Source: an uncultured Acidobacteriia bacterium
Lineage (GTDB): Bacteria; Acidobacteriota; Terriglobia; Bryobacterales; Bryobacteraceae
Length of the DNA: 64,000 nt
Reading direction: 5' to 3'
NCBI GenBank assembly: GCA_903925015.1
Contig: CAIYDY010000318.1
Location: 11,299-75,298, forward strand
Shown in pieces: positions 29,853 through 38,825 of the stretch. Below the pieces are notes generated by a model. It had not been told where the DNA came from. It worked only from the letters and a program-made list of their open reading frames with translations, and ran no database searches. Both the position numbers and the translations under genes were made by a program. The number at the start of each line of letters is the position of its first letter. The first letter of the stretch is position 1.

Positions 29853-31948
29853 GAAAACTGGTACTTTTGGCTTTTCTGCCCTTGTTGGCATTCGGACAGG
29901 GCAAACTTGCGCCCGCCACCACTTGGAACGCAATCAAGTTCCCGAAGCTCCGCGACGTCCAGATTCCCAAGGTGGAGGAGGCCACCCTCCCCAACGGGAT
30001 GAAGGTGTATCTCTTGGAGAACCACGAACTCCCCACCGTCCGCGGCACCGCCTTGGTCCGCACGGGCAACCTGTTTGATCCCAAGGACAAGATCGGCCTC
30101 GCGACCATCACCGGCTCAACCTTGCGCAGCGGCGGCACCACGGACCGTCCCGGCGACCAACTCGACGAGCAACTCGAGAACATCGCGGCCTCCGTCGAAA
30201 GCGCCATCGGGGAAAGCAACGGCAGCGTCCGCTTCAACACTCTGAAAGAGCGCACCGACGAAGTTCTCCAAGTTTTCCACGATGTGATCACCAAGCCTGG
30301 TTTCCGCCAGGACCGCATCGACCTGCTGAAGACCCAGATGCGCAGCGGCATCTCCCGCCGCAACGACGACGCCCATGGCATCTCGCAGCGCGAATTCACG
30401 GATATTGTCTATGGCCGCGACAATCCCTACGGATGGCGCATGGAGTACGAGAACATCGACAACATCTCGCGCGACGACATCGTCGGCTTCTACAAGCGTT
30501 ATTTCTTTCCCGCCAATGTGATTCTGGCCGTCCAGGGCGATTTCAACTCCGCCGAAATGAAGGCCAATCTGGAGAAGTTGTTCGCCGATTGGAAAGTTAC
30601 CCAGCCACCCGTTCCCGCGTTTCCGAAAGTCAACAACACGCCGAAACCCGGCATCTACGTGGCGACGCGCGAAGACGTCAACCAGACCAGTTTCGCCCTC
30701 GGCCAGTTCGGCGGCATGCTCAATGACAAGGATGCCCCGGCGCTGGAAGTCATGGCCGACATTTTGGGCGGCGGCTTCTCCAGCCGCTTGTTCCAGAAAG
30801 TCCGGACGAAACTCGGCTACGCCTACGACGTGAGCGCCAACTGGGGTGCCGGGTACGACCACCAGGGGCTCTTCGAAATTTCAGGCAGCACCAAGTCCGA
30901 AAGCACGGCGGATGCCCTGAAGGCGATCGACCAGGAGGTTCTGCGCATTCGCGAGCAGCCCGTGACGCCGGAGGAACTGGAATCGGCGCGCCAGAAGGTG
31001 GAGAACAGCTTCGTGTTCAACTTCGACACGCCGTCGAAGACCCTGGGCCGTTTGCTCACCTACCGCTACTTCGGTTATCCCGACGACTTCATCTTCAGCT
31101 ACCAGAAGGCCGTCGCCGGGGTGACGCGCGAGGACATCCAGCGTGTGGCGCAGAAGTACCTGGATCCGGCGAAGTTCGTGATCGTGGCAACCGGCAACCC
31201 GAAGGAATTCGGCAAGCCGCTCGCGTCGCTCGACCGGCCTGTTTCCGATCTGGATCTGACGATTCCGCAGCCCAAGGCGAAAAAAGCCGCAGCTCCGGCC
31301 GACGCCGGAAGTGCCGCACGCGGCAAAGCGCTCCTAGCCAAAGCGGCCGCCGCTGTGGGCGGTACCGCCAAGCTTGCTGCGGTGAAGGATTTCACCCAGT
31401 CCGGTACCATCCAGCTGGATCAGGCGGCGGGCGGACTCAAGGTCACGCAGAATGAGCAGTGGCTGGCCCCCTCGCACTTCCGGCAGGAAAATGTGCTCCC
31501 GTTCGGCAAGGTGGCCACTTATTCAGATGGGAAGACGGGTTGGTCGGTGACGCCGCAGGGCTCCACCGCGCTTCCCCCGGCGCAGTTGAACCAAATCGCG
31601 TTCGAATCGTTCAAGATCTGGTTCACGCTGCTTGCCAGCGGCGAAAATCCGGACCGCACCATCACGGAAGCGGGCGGCAAGGTCGAAATCTCCGATAAGG
31701 CCGGCCACTCCCTGACGCTGACTTTCGATGCCGCCACGGGATTCCCGGCCTCGCTCTCCTATGCGGCCCCTGGCAACCCCAACGGCTCCGTAGAGGAAGT
31801 CTATGCGGATTGGCAGGACGCGGGCGGGGTGAAACTGCCGCGCAAAGTCACCATGAACCAGGGCGGCAAGCATTTCGCGGATGTTGTGGTGACCTCCGCA
31901 GCCGTCAACACCGGCCTCACGGTCGAACAGATCTCGAAAAAGCCATGA
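29849..31948 (+). CDS. M16 family peptidase homologue, non-catalytic subunit, with an extra C-terminal domain of about 200 aa
   Basis: GTGA overlap with the upstream gene. The HxxEH position reads 'GLATITGSTLRSGGT'. M16 fold motifs persist to about residue 445. A Lys/Ala-rich linker and an additional domain follow. Confidence 0.8.
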   Translation: MRKLVLLAFLPLLAFGQGKLAPATTWNAIKFPKLRDVQIPKVEEATLPNGMKVYLLENHELPTVRGTALVRTGNLFDPKDKIGLATITGSTLRSGGTTDRPGDQLDEQLENIAASVESAIGESNGSVRFNTLKERTDEVLQVFHDVITKPGFRQDRIDLLKTQMRSGISRRNDDAHGISQREFTDIVYGRDNPYGWRMEYENIDNISRDDIVGFYKRYFFPANVILAVQGDFNSAEMKANLEKLFADWKVTQPPVPAFPKVNNTPKPGIYVATREDVNQTSFALGQFGGMLNDKDAPALEVMADILGGGFSSRLFQKVRTKLGYAYDVSANWGAGYDHQGLFEISGSTKSESTADALKAIDQEVLRIREQPVTPEELESARQKVENSFVFNFDTPSKTLGRLLTYRYFGYPDDFIFSYQKAVAGVTREDIQRVAQKYLDPAKFVIVATGNPKEFGKPLASLDRPVSDLDLTIPQPKAKKAAAPADAGSAARGKALLAKAAAAVGGTAKLAAVKDFTQSGTIQLDQAAGGLKVTQNEQWLAPSHFRQENVLPFGKVATYSDGKTGWSVTPQGSTALPPAQLNQIAFESFKIWFTLLASGENPDRTITEAGGKVEISDKAGHSLTLTFDAATGFPASLSYAAPGNPNGSVEEVYADWQDAGGVKLPRKVTMNQGGKHFADVVVTSAAVNTGLTVEQISKKP

Positions 31949-32742
31949 CCTTGACAAGGAGAGGTTTCCTTGGGGTGGCCGCATCCGGCGCATTTGTACT
32001 GCGTGCCGCCACCCCTTCGACCGCGCGCGGCCGCGAAATCGTCGACAAGGCGATCCACGCCCTCGGCGGCGACGGTTTTCGCCAGATGACGACCCGCACC
32101 GAGACCGGCCGGGCCTACTCGTTCTACCGCGAGCAAATCAGCGGCCTTTCCTACGCCAGAATCTCCACCAAGTACTTGGCGCAGTCGGAAGGGCCGCTCA
32201 AAATGGTCCAACGGCAATCCTTCGGCAAGACCAAGGAGGATACCGCGCTCATCGTTACGGAGAAGGACATCTGGAACCTCTCCTACAAGGGTGCGCGAGC
32301 CATGGAGGCCGACCGCGTCAAGCAATTCCGGGAAACCCAACTGCACGACGTGTTCTACATCCTGCGCTCGCGTATGGACGAGCCTGGGCTGGTCTTCGAA
32401 CACCGGGGCAAGGACGTGGTGGAGAACCAACCCGTCGAGAACATCGAAATCATTGATGGCGAGAACCGCAAGGTCACGGTGTGGATCCACTCCAGCACAA
32501 TGCTGCCTGTAAAGCAGTCGTTCAAACGCTGGGATGCCGCCATCAACGACCGCCGCGAGGAAGTCACCCGCTACACCAAATACCGGGAATGCGGCAATGG
32601 CGTCCTGTGGCCGCACGACATCCAAAGGGAGCGCGACAAGGAAAAAATCTACGAAATGTACGCCGACAAGGTGGTCGTAGGCTCGTCGCTGGCCGGGGAT
32701 CTGTTCGACCTGCCCCCGTTGGTGACCATCCTCAAGAAATAG
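31945..32742 (+). CDS. Tat/Sec-exported hypothetical protein, paralogue of the C-terminal domain of the preceding gene (LolA-like fold suspected)
   Basis: ATGA overlap. 'MTLTRRGFLGVAASGAFVL' signal. 'ARGREIVDKAIHALGG' parallels 'ARGKALLAKAAAAVGG' in the upstream protein, and 'REEVTRYTKY...GVLWP' parallels 'VEEVYADWQD..GVKLP'. Confidence 0.6.
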   Translation: MTLTRRGFLGVAASGAFVLRAATPSTARGREIVDKAIHALGGDGFRQMTTRTETGRAYSFYREQISGLSYARISTKYLAQSEGPLKMVQRQSFGKTKEDTALIVTEKDIWNLSYKGARAMEADRVKQFRETQLHDVFYILRSRMDEPGLVFEHRGKDVVENQPVENIEIIDGENRKVTVWIHSSTMLPVKQSFKRWDAAINDRREEVTRYTKYRECGNGVLWPHDIQRERDKEKIYEMYADKVVVGSSLAGDLFDLPPLVTILKK

Positions 32743-32965
32743 TTAGGGCAGATAGAGGAATTCTATCGGCCCGAAGCCACCAAAAGTTTGACCCGGGGCA
32801 CTCGCAGGGCCAATAATATAAGAAGTCCCCGTCTGTTGACGAATTCGGAACTCCACGCGGAGTCCACCTTTCCCCCGAAGTAAACTCTCTGTCGCCACGT
32901 CCGGCGGCTCCCAGGTCCCTGTGTGTTCACCTGCCAGACGATGTTGCAAATTCCTGGAGGGAATC

Positions 32966-35900
32966 TTGAGAGTTCTTACAGCCGCCATATCTTTGCTCGC
33001 ATTGAGCGCCAGCCTTTGGGCGCAGGGAGCCTCCTCGTTGCGGGGCACCGTCACCGATCCAACCAAGGCCGTCATTCCGACCGCCAAACTGACCCTGACT
33101 GACAAGGAAACCGGTGTTGCCCGCGCTGCAGTTTCGGCCGCATCCGGCGAATACCAGTTTCTGCAGGTTCGTCCCGGCACCTATTCGTTGTCCGTCGAGG
33201 CGTCCGGTTTCGGCTCGCGCACGGTCGACAACATCAAATTGCTGGTGGACACACCCTCCACGGTCGATGTCGCGCTCGACGTTGCCAACAGCACCTCAAC
33301 GGTTAGCGTAATGGCCGAAGCCGCTGTCCTGAACACTGTGGACGCCTCGGTCGGCAACGCCTTCCAGGAAAAGCAGATTTCCAGCCTGCCGCTGCAGACC
33401 AGAAACGTGGTGCAGTTGCTGAGCTTGGAACCCGGAGTTACCCAGAACGGCGAGGTGATGGGTGCCCGCCGCGACCAGAACAACATCACGCTGGATGGCG
33501 TGGACAACAACGACAACCAGAACCCCCTCTCCGGTCTGAACGGCACGGGAACGCTGAACAGCAGCGGCAATTCCGGGTTCACGTCTGCGTTGCCGGTGCC
33601 GCTTGATTCGGTGCAGGAATTCCGCGTCACCGTCGCAGGCCAAAGCGCGTCGGCAGGACGTTCCTCCGGTGGCCAAGTCTCTCTGGTCACGCGCAGCGGC
33701 ACCAACGAGCTGCACGGTTCGGCTTACGAATACAACCGCAATACGGCCTACACAGCGAACAACTGGTTCAACAACCGCTCCGGCGTGGCCCGCCCGGCGC
33801 TGGTCCGCAACCAATTCGGCGCCTCCCTCGGCGGACCGGTCAAGAAGAGCCGCCTGTTCTACTTCCTGAACTACGAGCGTCGCATCGACGCCAGCCAGTC
33901 TTCGCAAAGCCGCACCGTTCCGAGCGAAACGCTGAAGAACGGGCAAATCCTCTTCGCTACCACCAACGGCAAGGTCTACACCCTCAGCCCAAGCGATGTC
34001 GCCAACGTGGATCCGCTCCACCAGGGTGTCTCCCCCACGATGCTGAGCTACCTCAAGCAGTTCCCGGTCGGCAACTCGCCCCAGACCGGTTCCGACCAGG
34101 GCTTGAACTTCTCCGGTTTCCTCTTCAACGCGCCCGTCAAGCTGGACTACCGCACCTACGTCGGCCGCTTCGACTGGGTGGTGGATCCGGCGGGCAAGCA
34201 CACGGTCTCCTTCCGTGGCACCTTGTCCAACGAGGACCAGACCCAGACTCCGGCCCAGGTCCCCGGCCAGGCGGCTGCCGCGCAGCTGCAGCAGGACCCC
34301 AAGGGCTTTAGCCTGCGCCACACGGCCCTGTTGACTCCGACAATGACCAACACGGCCAGCATCGGCGTCACCCGGATTGGCTTCGCCTCCACCGGTGCCA
34401 CCAGCCCGTCGCTCACACTCGGTGCCGTCAGCACCCTCCAAAGCTTCGTTCGCGGCAGCTCCCGCATCAATCCGACTTGGAAGTTTGCCGACGACTTCAA
34501 CTGGGTCAAGGGCCGCCACACGGTCACCGCCGGAGCGAATCTGCGCTGGATCGACAACCGGCTGGAAGGCTACGGCAACTCCTACCCGTCCTACTCTTTC
34601 GGTCGCGGCGTCCTGCTCGGCCTCGGCAACGACATTTACACCCCGGCCCTGAACTATGTGGCGGGCGGCGATGCCTCGCTGAAGCTTTCCAATTCCACCG
34701 CCGTCACCAACGCTTTCGGCACCCTGCTGGGCCTGCTGAACTCCTACAGCGCCACCTACCAGTACCAAAAGGACGGCTCCGTTCTTCCTTTCGGCGCCTC
34801 CCGGCTGAACGACTTCATCACGAAGAACTCCGAATTCTACGTCCAGGACACATGGCGCGTCTCGCCGAAGTTGACCCTCACCTACGGCGTCCACTACGAG
34901 TACGATACCGTTCCCTATGAAGTCAACGGCCTGCAGGTTTCCACCACCCCCGGCCTGAACAATTACTTCGCCAACCGCGCCGGTGCCGCCGCAAACGGCA
35001 TTCCCGGCAACACGTTGGCCAACTCGAACAAGATCACCTACGCTCTCGCCGGACCCGTCAACGGCCTGCCGAGCTGGTATTCGCCCGACAAAAACAACTT
35101 CGCCCCGCGCATCTCGGCGGCCTACTCCGTTGATTCCAAGACGGTTGTCCGCTTGGGTGCCGGCATGACCTACGACCAGTACGGCAACGACCTGGTGAAC
35201 AGCGTTTCCTCGCTCGGCTCCGTCGGCCTCTCCACCACCCTCGGCACCCCGAGTTCGTACAACTTCACCACCTCCCCCCGCTACGGAACCGGCGTCCTCC
35301 CCACGCTGCAACCGGCACCCAAGGGCGGATTCCCGTTCACGCCGCCGAACATCGCGGCCATCAGCGGCACCTACTTCGGCATCAGCCCGGACCTGAAGGC
35401 ACCCTACACGTTCCTGCTGAACGCTTCGGTTTCCCGGTCGATCTTTGACAAGTACACGGTGGAACTGGGCTACGCCGGACGCCTCTCCCGCGCCGGTCTG
35501 ATCCAGTCCGACGCCTTCGCCCCGGCCATCAACTACAAGGACCCGGTGAGCGGCCAAACGTGGACCCAGTCGGGAACCGCCTTGGCGAACCTCTACAACA
35601 GCGGTGTTACCGATGCCGCGGTCCAGAAGAATCCCTCCCTGGTGCCGCTGAGCCCGTTCGTCGAGAACATGTTCCCGGCACTCACCAACTACTACTTCCC
35701 CGGTAGCGCTTCGGCCAACTACTTCCACGGGATCTACGGCGTGAACGCGGGCAGCCACTTGGACAACCTCCACCAGCTGGACCGCATCACCTCCGCCGCC
35801 TTCCCCAACTGCATCGTGAAGACCGGTTGCTACACCTTCTTCGCGCCGCAGGGCTCCGCCGATCCGACGTGGACCAACGCGGGCAACGCCAACTACAACG

Positions 35901-36640
35901 CCATGCTGTTGACTGTCCGCCACGGCCTCTCCAGCGGTCTTGCGTTCGACTTCAACTACACCTTGGCGCATGCCATCGACAACGGTTCCGGCACCGCTAG
36001 CGGCGCGGGCCAGTTCGGCGGCATCCTCCAGAACGTGTTCAACCCGAGACTCAACCGCGGTGATTCGTCGTTCGACTTCCGCCACTTGGTGAACGCCAAC
36101 TTCCTGTACGCTCTGCCGTTCGGCAAGGGCGGCAAGCTGTTCGCCACAAACTCCAAGGTTCTCGACTATGTCATCGGCGGCTGGCAGGTTTCCGGCCTGA
36201 TGCGGTTGCAGTCCGGTGCCAACGCCAACGTCGGCGGCAGCGGCGTCTTCAACAGCAACTACTGGAACGGCTCCGGCTCCTATCCGATCAACGGCATCAA
36301 GCCCGCATTCGGCCTGACCTACGACCAAAAGGGCAACCCGAGCATCTTCCCGACAACGACCGTTTCCACCCAGTTCCAGGACGCCCTCCCCGGCGCACCC
36401 GGTGCTCGCAACACCTTCCGGCTGCCGTGGCAGAAGAATCTTGACCTCTCCGTAACCAAGGAATTCAAGATGCCCTTCGAGCGCCACACCCTCCAGTTCC
36501 GTGTGGATGCCTACAACGCAACCAACAAGGTCAACTTCACGGGAATCAGCCTGTCCACCTCCAGCCCGAGCAGCTTCGGCGAGTTCTCCTCAGCCCAGGA
36601 AGCCCGGGTTCTGCAGTTGGCCCTCCGTTACTCCTTCTAG
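32966..36640 (+). CDS. giant TonB-dependent-receptor-like outer-membrane protein with carboxypeptidase-regulatory-like domain (paralogue of 10623-14642)
   Basis: TTG start 4 nt after GGAGGG gives '(M)RVLTAAISLLALSASLWAQG'; alternative GTG at 32921. 'LRGTVTDPTKAVIPTAKLTLTD...ASGEYQFLQVRPGTYSLSVEASGF'. C-terminal '...LALRYSF'. Confidence 0.85.
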   Translation: MRVLTAAISLLALSASLWAQGASSLRGTVTDPTKAVIPTAKLTLTDKETGVARAAVSAASGEYQFLQVRPGTYSLSVEASGFGSRTVDNIKLLVDTPSTVDVALDVANSTSTVSVMAEAAVLNTVDASVGNAFQEKQISSLPLQTRNVVQLLSLEPGVTQNGEVMGARRDQNNITLDGVDNNDNQNPLSGLNGTGTLNSSGNSGFTSALPVPLDSVQEFRVTVAGQSASAGRSSGGQVSLVTRSGTNELHGSAYEYNRNTAYTANNWFNNRSGVARPALVRNQFGASLGGPVKKSRLFYFLNYERRIDASQSSQSRTVPSETLKNGQILFATTNGKVYTLSPSDVANVDPLHQGVSPTMLSYLKQFPVGNSPQTGSDQGLNFSGFLFNAPVKLDYRTYVGRFDWVVDPAGKHTVSFRGTLSNEDQTQTPAQVPGQAAAAQLQQDPKGFSLRHTALLTPTMTNTASIGVTRIGFASTGATSPSLTLGAVSTLQSFVRGSSRINPTWKFADDFNWVKGRHTVTAGANLRWIDNRLEGYGNSYPSYSFGRGVLLGLGNDIYTPALNYVAGGDASLKLSNSTAVTNAFGTLLGLLNSYSATYQYQKDGSVLPFGASRLNDFITKNSEFYVQDTWRVSPKLTLTYGVHYEYDTVPYEVNGLQVSTTPGLNNYFANRAGAAANGIPGNTLANSNKITYALAGPVNGLPSWYSPDKNNFAPRISAAYSVDSKTVVRLGAGMTYDQYGNDLVNSVSSLGSVGLSTTLGTPSSYNFTTSPRYGTGVLPTLQPAPKGGFPFTPPNIAAISGTYFGISPDLKAPYTFLLNASVSRSIFDKYTVELGYAGRLSRAGLIQSDAFAPAINYKDPVSGQTWTQSGTALANLYNSGVTDAAVQKNPSLVPLSPFVENMFPALTNYYFPGSASANYFHGIYGVNAGSHLDNLHQLDRITSAAFPNCIVKTGCYTFFAPQGSADPTWTNAGNANYNAMLLTVRHGLSSGLAFDFNYTLAHAIDNGSGTASGAGQFGGILQNVFNPRLNRGDSSFDFRHLVNANFLYALPFGKGGKLFATNSKVLDYVIGGWQVSGLMRLQSGANANVGGSGVFNSNYWNGSGSYPINGIKPAFGLTYDQKGNPSIFPTTTVSTQFQDALPGAPGARNTFRLPWQKNLDLSVTKEFKMPFERHTLQFRVDAYNATNKVNFTGISLSTSSPSSFGEFSSAQEARVLQLALRYSF

Positions 36641-36651
36641 TTCGCACACCC

Positions 36652-36693
36652 GGGAGCCGGTACGGGGAAATCCCGCACCGGCTCCCTTTTTTT
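36652..36693 (+). terminator. intrinsic terminator
   Basis: GGGAGCCGGTACGGGG-AAA-TCCCGCACCGGCTCCC stem-loop followed by TTTTTTT. It starts 12 nt after the stop codon. Confidence 0.85.
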
Positions 36694-36714
36694 CTTCTTC
36701 CTTGGGAAGCAAAA

Positions 36715-37758
36715 ATGCGAATCGGAACCGCTGGTTTTGTCGCGGCGAGGCTCACCTCGGCCCGCGAAGCTCGTGGCGTGACACAATCGGACCTCGCCGA
36801 GCGGACCGGAATCAAGCCCCAGAGCATCTGCCACTACGAGCAAGGCCGCCAGTCTCCAAGTCCCGAGGCCTTGGCGTTGCTGGCCGAAAAACTCTCCCTT
36901 CCCGAACGCCACTTCCTCCGTCCGTTACCCCCTGATTCCGCCGGTCTACACGCCCGGCTGGGCTGGCTGCGGGAACTGGCTGCGTATGTCCGCAGATTTG
37001 TGGAACTCCCGCCTGTGCAACTGCCGTTGGTGGACCTTCGGGAAGCAGTCTGCGTCGAAAGTGCCGCCGAGACCGCCCGAACATTCTTCCGTACCGGTTC
37101 GGGACCGATTGCCAGCATGACGATCCTGTTGGAAAACCACGGATGCATCGTGGCGAGACTGCCCGGCTCCCACGGACACCCGTTCCAATTCGCCACGCTC
37201 TTGGATGGCCAGCCTTACATGGGATTGGATCTCGAAAGCCCCCCAAGCACCGTGCGCTATTCCGCCGCCCGTGCCTTGGGGTCGCTAGTGCTTGGCGGCG
37301 ACGCCGCTCGAGATCCGCTCCACGACCGCTTCGCCCGTGCATTTCTCATGCCGGCCCGGACCTTCGGTCCAGAAGTCTGGTCCCCAACTCTGGACGCAAT
37401 GCTCGGGTTGAAACGAACTTGGAATTGCCCGATAGGGGCCATTGTCCATCGCTGCGTGGACTTGGGTTTGCTGGACGAGGAGCACGCACGGCGGCTGGTT
37501 GCCAACATGGCGCGGCGCGGTTGGAAGTCCGACGAGCCCGGCGAACACGATCAAGCGCAGGAGTCGCCGCGCATTCTGGCGCAAAGCCTACGGTTGATGC
37601 TGGATTCAGGGGTGAAGGACGTCCATACGCTGCTGGCCGACCTTGCGCTTGGCAGCAGCGATGTGGAGCAACTGGCGGGACTTCCCAATGGCTTCCTCCG
37701 TGAAGCGGAGCCCCCTGCCGCATGGGCTCCGCGTCTCCGGCAAGCTGCCGCAGGCTAG
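36715..37758 (+). CDS. XRE-family HTH fused to an ImmA/IrrE (DUF955/Peptidase_M78) domain with a degenerate zinc motif
   Basis: HTH 'GVTQSDLAERTGIKPQSICHYEQG'. The ImmA core 'RYSAARALGSLVLGG...HDRFARAFLMPARTF...LKRTWNCPIGAIVHRCVDLGLL' aligns to the canonical 'RFTLAHELGHLLLH...E.EAN.FA.AFLMP...LK..W.VS..A...R...LGLI'. Confidence 0.8.
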   Translation: MRIGTAGFVAARLTSAREARGVTQSDLAERTGIKPQSICHYEQGRQSPSPEALALLAEKLSLPERHFLRPLPPDSAGLHARLGWLRELAAYVRRFVELPPVQLPLVDLREAVCVESAAETARTFFRTGSGPIASMTILLENHGCIVARLPGSHGHPFQFATLLDGQPYMGLDLESPPSTVRYSAARALGSLVLGGDAARDPLHDRFARAFLMPARTFGPEVWSPTLDAMLGLKRTWNCPIGAIVHRCVDLGLLDEEHARRLVANMARRGWKSDEPGEHDQAQESPRILAQSLRLMLDSGVKDVHTLLADLALGSSDVEQLAGLPNGFLREAEPPAAWAPRLRQAAAG

Positions 37759-38807
37759 AACTTCGAGGGATCCAACCGCCACACGTTGTGTGCGCGAAGA
37801 TTGGAAAGCCACACCGACCCGTGGCCCGCGCGGATCGAATCCCCGCCGTCACCCGTCCACTGCCGGATCACAGTGTTGGTTGCGGGATCGATCTCCGAAA
37901 TCGGAATCTGGAAGATGGTCGCCCAGACGTGGCCGAAGCCATAGGCAATTTCCCCGCCGCCGCCCGGAACACCCACTTCGATGTTGGTGACCAGCTTGCG
38001 TGTCTTCACATCCACGCGGGAGACGGTGCCGTCGCCCTGGTTCAAAGTCCAGATGGCCCCCCCGCCGAACGTCAGGAAGCGCGGTCCCGGACCCGTCTCG
38101 ATCGAATCCGTAACCTTGTTCGTCTTGGCATCCACGCGCGTCAGCGTGTTGGTTTTGGGGGTCGTTACCCAAACCGCGCCATCCCCGTAAACCACCGCGG
38201 CCGAGCCTGCCGGGATGTCGACCGTCGCTGCAACTGCATTGGTCTTGGGGTCGATCCGCGAGAGTTTCCCCGCCGCATCCGTTACCAGCCAGACGGCGTC
38301 GTCGCTGGTGGCGATCCCGCCCTCGCTCTCGGCGGGTGGTGCCTGGATGGTCGCCACCACCGCATTTGTCTTGATGTCGATCCGCGATAGCGTCTTGTCA
38401 CCGCAATTGGGAACCCAGATGCTGCCGAAACCGGCGGCCAGTCCCGAGCACGGGCGCTTGCCGACCTCGATATTTGCAGCCACCTGGTTGGTCTTCACGT
38501 CCAGCCGGTGCACCGTGTTGGTCGGACCGTTCGACACCCAGACCGCATCGTCCGTCAGGACCTGCCAATCCGGAGTACCGCCCGTGGTGAATACGGCGAG
38601 GGGCGTCAGCGTACTCATTTCACGCTTTACGCCCGGCGTGCTCACGCCTGGGGGCGGAGGACGCTTGCCACCCTTTTTCTTTTGCATGGGCGGTTGGCCG
38701 TCCGCCGGTGGCGGTGCCTGTTCCTGTTGTGCCTGCAGCAGGAGGAACGGTGCGCATGCTCCGGCCAGGAAACCCGCCGAGACTTGCAGGAAGCGATTGA
38801 TTTTCAT
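37755..38807 (-). CDS. exported beta-propeller repeat protein (YVTN/YncE-like)
   Basis: ATG preceded by GGAG. Signal peptide, Pro/Lys-rich linker, then about 7 repeats of roughly 40 aa of the type 'G.VWV.N....T+SRIDPKTN.V..TI.VG'. Confidence 0.7.
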   Translation of the reverse strand: MKINRFLQVSAGFLAGACAPFLLLQAQQEQAPPPADGQPPMQKKKGGKRPPPPGVSTPGVKREMSTLTPLAVFTTGGTPDWQVLTDDAVWVSNGPTNTVHRLDVKTNQVAANIEVGKRPCSGLAAGFGSIWVPNCGDKTLSRIDIKTNAVVATIQAPPAESEGGIATSDDAVWLVTDAAGKLSRIDPKTNAVAATVDIPAGSAAVVYGDGAVWVTTPKTNTLTRVDAKTNKVTDSIETGPGPRFLTFGGGAIWTLNQGDGTVSRVDVKTRKLVTNIEVGVPGGGGEIAYGFGHVWATIFQIPISEIDPATNTVIRQWTGDGGDSIRAGHGSVWLSNLRAHNVWRLDPSKF

Positions 38808-38825
38808 GTGTTTGGACTCCAACTG

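Noticed and set aside
32928-32936. 'CACCTGCCA' resembling the end of a cobalamin-riboswitch B12 box upstream of the second TonB-type outer-membrane protein gene.
   Set aside because: Only 7 nt match. None of the other conserved cobalamin riboswitch blocks are present in 32743-32965.
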